Translations under genes and position numbers: made by a program | Assembly: GCF_016127575.1 (NCBI RefSeq) | Contig: NZ_CP066018.1 | Location: forward strand, 840,001 to 872,000 | Direction: 5' to 3' | DNA from: Cupriavidus necator | GTDB lineage: Bacteria > Pseudomonadota > Gammaproteobacteria > Burkholderiales > Burkholderiaceae | DNA length: 32,000 bases | Shown: positions 26,085-32,000 of the stretch, one piece after another | Layout of the letters: every line of letters starts with the position of its first letter | How positions within the stretch are numbered: the stretch's first letter is position 1 | The notes under the pieces: generated by a model | The model's input: the letters and a program-made list of their open reading frames with translations, nothing else | Databases searched by the model: none | What the model was told of the DNA's origin: nothing

Positions 26085-27272
26085 ATGCTTCAGCGCCGAT
26101 TTTCCGCATCCACCGTCACCCACGCCGCCACCAGTGCTCCTGCCTTCGCGGCCATGTGCCTCCTACCGCTCGCACTTGCGGCATGTAGCGGCAAGCCACA
26201 GCCCGATCCCCGCGTGCAAGCGCCACTGGTGAGGGTGGAAAATGTGCAGGACGCGTCAGCCGCCCGGCGCGCCTTCACCGGCATCGTCGCCGCACGGGTG
26301 CAGAGCGACCTGGGCTTCCGCGTGTCGGGCAAGGTGCTGGAGCGCCTGGTCGACACTGGCCAATCCGTGAAGCGCGGCCAGCCGCTAATGCGGCTCGACC
26401 CCGTCGACCTGAAGCTGGCAGCACGCGCGCGGCAGGAAGCCGTGGCCGCCGCCAAGGCGCGCGCCACGCAACTGGCGGCTGACGAGGAGCGCTACCGCGA
26501 CCTCGTGGCGGCCGGGGCGGTATCGGCATCTGCCTATGACCAGATCAAGGCCTCCGCCGATTCGGCGCGGGCGCAGCTCAGGGCGGAAGAGGCACAGGCC
26601 GACGTGGCGCGCAACGCGTCCGACTACGCCGTGCTACTGGCCGATGCCGACGGCGTCGTGGTCGAGACCCTCGCCGAACCCGGGCAGGTCGTGAATGCCG
26701 GCCAGGTGGTGGCGCGGCTGGCCCGCGCCGGACAACGCGAGGCCATCATCCACCTGCCCGAAACCCTGCGCCCGCCGGTAGGCTCCACAGCCCGCGCGAC
26801 ACTCTACGGCAAGGACGGCATGGCAGTCACCGCGACCCTGCGGCAGCTTTCCGACGCCGCCGACCGCCAGACCCGCACCTATGAGGCGCGCTACGTGCTT
26901 GGCGGCGCACTGACCGATGCGCCGCTCGGCGCCACCGTCACGCTGCAGGTGGCCGATCCACAGGAAGCGTCGCAATCCGGCCTGCAGGTTCCCATCGGCG
27001 CGCTCCACGATCCGGGCAAGGGCCCCGGCGTCTGGGTGCTCACCGGCACCCCGGCGCACGTGACGTGGCGGCCGGTCACCGTGCGCGCCATCAGCGACGA
27101 TGCCGCGAAGGTCGAGGGCCAGATCCAGCCCGGCGACCGCGTGGTGGCGCTGGGGGCGCACCTGCTGAACGAAGGGCAGCAGGTCAGGTTGGCGTCGGAG
27201 GTGAAGGTGGCCGAAGCCGCCACCGATGGTAAAGGCCGCAACCCCGTCAACGGCGTGCGGGAGCAGCAATGA
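26085..27272 (+). CDS. RND efflux periplasmic adaptor (membrane fusion protein), lipoprotein
   Basis: It has the lipobox LALAA|CSG and HlyD/MFP coiled-coil and barrel regions. GGAGGG lies 5 nt before the ATG. Its stop overlaps the RND gene start (ATGA). Confidence 0.9.
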   Translation: MLQRRFSASTVTHAATSAPAFAAMCLLPLALAACSGKPQPDPRVQAPLVRVENVQDASAARRAFTGIVAARVQSDLGFRVSGKVLERLVDTGQSVKRGQPLMRLDPVDLKLAARARQEAVAAAKARATQLAADEERYRDLVAAGAVSASAYDQIKASADSARAQLRAEEAQADVARNASDYAVLLADADGVVVETLAEPGQVVNAGQVVARLARAGQREAIIHLPETLRPPVGSTARATLYGKDGMAVTATLRQLSDAADRQTRTYEARYVLGGALTDAPLGATVTLQVADPQEASQSGLQVPIGALHDPGKGPGVWVLTGTPAHVTWRPVTVRAISDDAAKVEGQIQPGDRVVALGAHLLNEGQQVRLASEVKVAEAATDGKGRNPVNGVREQQ

Positions 27273-30200
27273 GTGGCTTCAATCTCTCGGCACTCGCCGT
27301 GCGCGAGCGTGCCGTCACCCTCTTCCTGATCATCCTCATCTCGGTCGCCGGCTTCGTCGCCTTCTTCCAACTCGGCCGCGCGGAGGACCCGCCATTCACC
27401 GTCAAGTCGATGATCTTCATCACGGCATGGCCCGGCGCGACGGCGCAGGAAATGCAGGACCAGGTCGCTGAAAAGCTGGAAAAGCGCATGCAGGAACTGC
27501 GCTACTACGACCGCACGGAAACCTACACGCGGCCCGGACTGGCGTTCACCACCGTCACGCTGCTCGACAGCACGCCGCCAAAGGAAGTCCCCGAGGAGTT
27601 CTACCAGGCCCGCAAGAAGCTCGGCGACGAGGCGCGTTCCCTGCCGGCCGGCGTCATCGGCCCGCTCATCAACGACGAATACTCCGACGTGACCTTCGGC
27701 CTCTTCGCGCTGAAGGCCAGGGGCGAGCCGCAGCGGCTGCTGGTACGCGAGGCGGAGACCATCCGCCAGCGCCTCCTGCATGTGGCCGGCGTGAAGAAGG
27801 TCAACATCATCGGCGAGCAGGCGGAGCGCATCTACTTGTCGTTCTCGCACGACCGGCTGGCCACGCTCGGCGTGACGCCGCAGGACATCTTCGCCGCGCT
27901 CAACAGCCAGAATGTGCTCACCCCCGCGGGTTCCATCGACACTGACGGGCCGCAGGTCTTCGTGCGGCTCGACGGCGCGTTCGACAAGCTGCAACGCATC
28001 CGCGACACCCCCGTGGTGGCACACGGCCGCACGCTGAAGCTGTCTGACATCGCCACCGTCGAACGCGGCTACCAGGACCCGGCCACCTTCGTCGTGCGCA
28101 ACAAGGGCGAGCCGGCGCTGCTGCTCGGCATCGTGATGCGCGACGGTTGGAACGGCCTCGACCTCGGCAAGTCGCTCGAAGCGGAAGTAGCGAAGGTCAA
28201 CGCCGAGCTGCCGCTGGGCATGGAACTGAGCAAGGTCACCGACCAGGCCGTCAACATCAAGTCGGCCGTCGAGGAGTTTATGGTCAAGTTCTTCGCCGCG
28301 CTGATCGTGGTGCTGGTGGTGAGCTTCGTCAGCATGGGCTGGCGGGTGGGTATCGTGGTCGCGGCGGCCGTGCCGCTGACGCTGGCCGCCGTCTTCGTGG
28401 TCATGGCCGCGACCGGAAAGAGCTTCGACCGCATCACGCTGGGCTCCCTGATATTGGCCCTCGGACTGCTGGTGGACGACGCCATCATCGCCATCGAAAT
28501 GATGGTGGTGAAGATGGAGGAAGGGTATGGACGGATCGCGGCGTCGGCCTATGCCTGGAGCCATACAGCCGCGCCGATGCTGTCTGGCACGCTCGTCACC
28601 GCCGTGGGCTTCATGCCGAACGGCTTTGCAAAGTCTTCCGCAGGCGAGTACACCGGCAACCAGTTCTGGATCGTGGGGATCGCGTTGATCGCGTCGTGGA
28701 TCGTCGCGGTCGTTTTCACGCCCTATCTCGGCGTGAAGCTGCTGCCCGAGATGACGAAGGTGGAAGGCGGCCATGGCGCCATCTACGCCACGCCGAACTA
28801 CCAGCGCTTTCGTGGGCTGCTGGGGCGGGTCATCGGGCGGAAATGGCTCGTGGCGGCAATCGTCGTCGGACTGTTCGCCACGAGCGTGGTCGGCATGGGC
28901 GCCGTGCGCAAGCAGTTCTTCCCGACCTCTGACCGTCCCGAGGTGCTGGTGGAGGTGCAGATGCCCTATGGCACGTCCATCGAACAGACCAGCGCCGCGG
29001 CGGAGAAGGTGGAAGCGTGGCTCGACAAACAGCCAGAAGCGAAGATCGTGACGTCCTATATCGGCCAGGGGGCTCCGCGCTTCTACCTGGCGATGTCGCC
29101 GGAACTACCCGACCCGTCCTTCGCCAAGATCGTGGTGCGCACCGACAACCAGGAAGAACGCGACGTGCTCAAGGGCCGGCTCCGCCAGGCCATCGCCGAA
29201 GGCCTTTCGCCGGGCGCGCGGGTGCGCGTGACGCAACTGGTGTTCGGGCCCTACTCGCCCTTCCCGGTCGCGTTCCGCGTCATGGGCCCGGACCCCGACA
29301 AGCTGCGCGCCATCGCGGAGCAGGTAGAGGGCGTGATGGACGCCAGCCCGCTGATGCGCACCGTCAACACCGACTGGGGCCCGCGGGTGCCGGGGCTGCA
29401 CTTTACGCTCCAGCAGGACCGGCTGCAGGCGGTCGGCCTGACCTCCCACGACGTGGCGCAGCAGCTTGAATTTCTGCTGACCGGCGTGCCGGTGACCGAG
29501 GTGCGCGAGGACATCCGCTCGGTGCAGGTGGTGGCGCGCGCCGCGGGCGACATCCGCCTCGACCCGGAGCGCATCGCCGGCTTCACGCTGATCGGCGCCA
29601 ACGGCGGGCGCGTTCCCCTCTCGCAGGTCGGCACGGTGGACGTGCGCATGGAAGATCCCATCCTGCGCCGACGCGACCGCACGCCGACCATCACCGTGCG
29701 GGGCGACATTGCCGACAACCAGCAGCCGCCCGACGTATCGAAGGCCATCCTGGCGCAACTGCAGCCGGTCATCCAGAAGCTGCCCTCCGGCTACCGCATC
29801 GAGATGGCCGGTTCCATCGAGGAATCGGGCAAGGCGAACAAGGCGCTGGCGCCGCTGTTCCCCATCATGCTGGCGATCACGCTGCTGATCATCATGTTTC
29901 AGGTGCGGTCGATGGCGGGCATGGTCATGGTCATCCTGACGAGTCCGCTCGGCCTGATCGGCGTGGTCCCGACGCTACTGCTCTTCCACCAGCCGTTCGG
30001 CATCAATGCGCTCGTGGGGCTGGTGGCGCTGTCCGGCATCTTGATGCGGAACACGCTGATCCTGATCGGGCAAATCCAGGGCAACCTGAAGGAGGGACTG
30101 TCGCCGTACGACGCGGTGGTGGAAGCTACCGTGCAACGGGCCCGGCCGGTGCTACTGACGGCCGTGGCGGCCATCCTCGCCTTCATCCCGCTCACGCACT

Positions 30201-30370
30201 CGGTGTTCTGGGGCACGCTGGCCTATACGCTGATCGGGGGGACGCTCGCCGGCACGCTGTTGACGCTGGTGTTCCTGCCGGCGATGTATGCGATCTGGTT
30301 CCGGATCCGGCCGCCGGCGCAGGTGGCGGTGCAGGAGGCCCCCGTGGGCGAGGTGGCGGAGGTGGCGTAA
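27269..30370 (+). CDS. RND efflux transporter permease (AcrB/ACR_tran family)
   Basis: 1033 aa. The N-terminus is typical (FNLSALAVRERAVTLFLIILISVAGFVAF) and the architecture is the 12-TM, two-large-loop type. It is translationally coupled to the MFP gene. Confidence 0.95.
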   Translation: MSGFNLSALAVRERAVTLFLIILISVAGFVAFFQLGRAEDPPFTVKSMIFITAWPGATAQEMQDQVAEKLEKRMQELRYYDRTETYTRPGLAFTTVTLLDSTPPKEVPEEFYQARKKLGDEARSLPAGVIGPLINDEYSDVTFGLFALKARGEPQRLLVREAETIRQRLLHVAGVKKVNIIGEQAERIYLSFSHDRLATLGVTPQDIFAALNSQNVLTPAGSIDTDGPQVFVRLDGAFDKLQRIRDTPVVAHGRTLKLSDIATVERGYQDPATFVVRNKGEPALLLGIVMRDGWNGLDLGKSLEAEVAKVNAELPLGMELSKVTDQAVNIKSAVEEFMVKFFAALIVVLVVSFVSMGWRVGIVVAAAVPLTLAAVFVVMAATGKSFDRITLGSLILALGLLVDDAIIAIEMMVVKMEEGYGRIAASAYAWSHTAAPMLSGTLVTAVGFMPNGFAKSSAGEYTGNQFWIVGIALIASWIVAVVFTPYLGVKLLPEMTKVEGGHGAIYATPNYQRFRGLLGRVIGRKWLVAAIVVGLFATSVVGMGAVRKQFFPTSDRPEVLVEVQMPYGTSIEQTSAAAEKVEAWLDKQPEAKIVTSYIGQGAPRFYLAMSPELPDPSFAKIVVRTDNQEERDVLKGRLRQAIAEGLSPGARVRVTQLVFGPYSPFPVAFRVMGPDPDKLRAIAEQVEGVMDASPLMRTVNTDWGPRVPGLHFTLQQDRLQAVGLTSHDVAQQLEFLLTGVPVTEVREDIRSVQVVARAAGDIRLDPERIAGFTLIGANGGRVPLSQVGTVDVRMEDPILRRRDRTPTITVRGDIADNQQPPDVSKAILAQLQPVIQKLPSGYRIEMAGSIEESGKANKALAPLFPIMLAITLLIIMFQVRSMAGMVMVILTSPLGLIGVVPTLLLFHQPFGINALVGLVALSGILMRNTLILIGQIQGNLKEGLSPYDAVVEATVQRARPVLLTAVAAILAFIPLTHSVFWGTLAYTLIGGTLAGTLLTLVFLPAMYAIWFRIRPPAQVAVQEAPVGEVAEVA

Positions 30371-30424
30371 GCGGCTTGCATTGCAAGCATGCGATGGGGC
30401 ATCACTTGCGAAATTCGGATACCC

Positions 30425-30457
30425 AAAAAAAACAAGGCCCTCTGCTTATGGAGGGCC
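30425..30457 (-). terminator. Rho-independent terminator of sodB
   Basis: On the minus strand, a GGCCCTC/GAGGGCC stem (30436-30442 and 30451-30457) with an 8-nt loop is followed by TTGTTTTTTTT (the plus-strand A-run is at 30425-30432). Confidence 0.7.
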
Positions 30458-30556
30458 CTGCTCTGATTGCACTTTCTCGACTTTAGCGCGACAGCCAGCT
30501 TGGTTTTTCCAAACTATTGCGCCGCTTTCCAAACTAAATTGTCACGCTACAGCGGA

Positions 30557-31138
30557 TCAGCCAGCGAAATTCTTGCCGGCGAAGTCCCAGTTCACGACAT
30601 TCCAGAATGCCTCGACGTACTTCGGGCGGGCATTGCGGTAGTCGATGTAGTAGGCGTGTTCCCACACGTCGCAGGTCAGCAGCGCCTTGGCGTCGGTGGT
30701 CAGCGGGGTGGCGGCGTTGGAGGTCGAGACCAGGTCCAGCGAGCCGTCGGCCTTCTTGACCAGCCAGGCCCAACCCGAACCGAAGGTGCCCACGGCGGTC
30801 TTGGTGAACTCTTCCTTGAACTTGTCGAACGAGCCCCACTTGGCGTTGATGGCATCAGCCAGCGCGCCGGTCGGCTGGCCGCCGCCGTTGGGCTTCATCG
30901 AATCCCAGTAGAAGGTGTGGTTCCACACCTGGGCAGCGTTGTTGAAGATACCGCCCGACGACTTCTTGACGATCTCTTCCAGGGTCGAGTTCTCGAACTC
31001 GGTGCCCTTGATGAGGTTGTTCAGGTTGGTGACGTAGGTCTGGTGGTGCTTGTCATGATGGAACTCCAGCGTCTCCTTGGAGATATGCGGAGCCAGGGCA
31101 TCATGCGCGTACGGCAGCGGGGGGAGCTTGTGTTCCAT
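30557..31138 (-). CDS. sodB: Fe superoxide dismutase
   Basis: I trimmed the start to [36 protein letters not shown] (ATG 31138). The motif [13 protein letters not shown] is present and the length is 193 aa. The longer track ORF (to 31957) is an artefact. Confidence 0.95.
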   Translation of the reverse strand: MEHKLPPLPYAHDALAPHISKETLEFHHDKHHQTYVTNLNNLIKGTEFENSTLEEIVKKSSGGIFNNAAQVWNHTFYWDSMKPNGGGQPTGALADAINAKWGSFDKFKEEFTKTAVGTFGSGWAWLVKKADGSLDLVSTSNAATPLTTDAKALLTCDVWEHAYYIDYRNARPKYVEAFWNVVNWDFAGKNFAG

Positions 31139-31349
31139 TGTTCTGTCTCTGTGGGTTGGGGTTGTGGGTCCGGAATTGGCGATTGTAGGGGACTTGCAAT
31201 ACCCGCGCAAACCGCGGGACAAAGCCCCCAGCTCCGATGTTAGTTTGTCCTGGCAGGGGTTTCCGGGGGGATTTCCGCCCGGCTTGCCTGAGCGTTTCGC
31301 GCCCGCCGCGGCATCGCGAATGGGAGGCGTTCCCGGGCCGCGCAGGCGC

Positions 31350-32000
31350 TCAGAAATCCGGCAGCTTGGCCTGCACGCCGGCAATCGCCAGGTCGGCCAC
31401 GCCCTTGGCCAGGTGCGCTTCGACCACGCTGCCCGCGCGGATCTCGGCGGGCGAGCGCAGCGCGCGTCCGCGCTGGTCCAGCAGCACCGCATAGCCGCGT
31501 TCCAGCGTACGCTGCGGCGCCAGCAACTCAAGCGCGCCGGCGCTGCGCGCCAGGCGCTGGCCGGCGCGCTCGTGCTGGCGCACGGCGGCGGCCTGCAGGC
31601 GTTGCCACAGGCGGGCCACGTCGGCATGGGCGGCGCTGGCATCGGGACGGCACGCGCTCCAGCGCATCGCCAGCAATTGCTGGCGGTGGCGCTGCGACAC
31701 CACCGTGTCGCGCAATGCCGAGCGCAAGTGTCGCGCCAGATTGTCGACGCGCGCGCGCCGCTCCTGCAGCTGCGCCTGCGGGCTGCGCACTCGCCGCGCC
31801 AGCCAGTCCAGGTGCTGCGCGCGCAGGTCCAGCCCGCGCCGCATGCACTGCGTGAGCGCGTCGCGCGCACGCATCGCCTGTGCCAGCAGGTGCGCGCGAT
31901 CCGGGCTGACCAGCTCGGCCGCGCCGGTCGGCGTGGGCGCACGCACATCGGCGACAAAGTCGGCGATGGTGAAGTCGGTTTCGTGGCCCACTCCGGAGAT
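31350..32000 (-). CDS. xseA: Exodeoxyribonuclease VII large subunit, C-terminal part (gene continues past the window end)
   Basis: ..[31 protein letters not shown].. followed by the long coiled-coil C-terminal region. The frame is open to position 32000. Confidence 0.9.
   Translation of the reverse strand: MSGVGHETDFTIADFVADVRAPTPTGAAELVSPDRAHLLAQAMRARDALTQCMRRGLDLRAQHLDWLARRVRSPQAQLQERRARVDNLARHLRSALRDTVVSQRHRQQLLAMRWSACRPDASAAHADVARLWQRLQAAAVRQHERAGQRLARSAGALELLAPQRTLERGYAVLLDQRGRALRSPAEIRAGSVVEAHLAKGVADLAIAGVQAKLPDF

Noticed and set aside
30374-30388. The palindrome GCTTGCA-T-TGCAAGC immediately after the RND stop codon.
   Set aside because: A 1-nt loop cannot form the full hairpin, there is no U-tract and there is no second copy. 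That is too weak to call as a terminator or an operator.
30557-31957. A 466-aa minus-strand ORF that appears to fuse sodB to upstream sequence.
   Set aside because: Only the last 193 aa (from [10 protein letters not shown] at 31138) look like Fe-SOD. The N-terminal 270 aa are Arg/Cys/Trp-rich shadow sequence overlapping xseA in another frame.

Overview
This is a high-GC window that looks like Burkholderiaceae, probably Cupriavidus or Ralstonia. That guess is an inference from a Bug/TctC-type binding protein, Porin_4-type porins ending in HVF, and codon bias. I call about 27 protein genes. I recognised no rRNA, tRNA, CRISPR array, transposase or integrase.

Layout:
(i) 0.2-4.6 kb: an intradiol ring-cleavage dioxygenase, an MDR oxidoreductase, a LacI-family regulator and a LysR-family regulator. 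The LacI-type palindrome TGCAATCGATTGCA occurs twice here.
(ii) 4.7-10.8 kb: an orphan T6SS cargo island on the minus strand. It reads vgrG, then a GTG-start alpha/beta-hydrolase lipase effector (Tle-like), then a lipoprotein immunity gene (Tli-like), then an internally deleted second immunity copy. The first three genes overlap at their junctions. No T6SS core, PAAR or adaptor genes are in the window.
(iii) 11.1-16.5 kb: a tightly spaced minus-strand cluster of porin, Bug binding protein, signal-peptide amidohydrolase, CHMI-type tautomerase and porin.
(iv) 16.6-23.75 kb: a compositionally atypical zone with signs of gene decay. It holds a truncated outer-membrane barrel fragment, a low-GC ycaC-like hydrolase, an MDR oxidoreductase, a carboxylesterase missing its oxyanion-hole segment in frame, a flavodoxin-like NAD(P)H oxidoreductase, an HpcH-family aldolase, an SDR C-terminal remnant and several long unassigned gaps.
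(v) 23.75-30.4 kb: a TetR-controlled tripartite RND efflux locus with two copies of the operator-like repeat GTGACCA-N10-TGGTCAC.
(vi) 30.5-32 kb: sodB and the 3' part of xseA.

The most system-like and least routine content is the T6SS vgrG-tle-tli island with its degenerate immunity copy. I see nothing that I can defend as a wholly new system from sequence reading alone.
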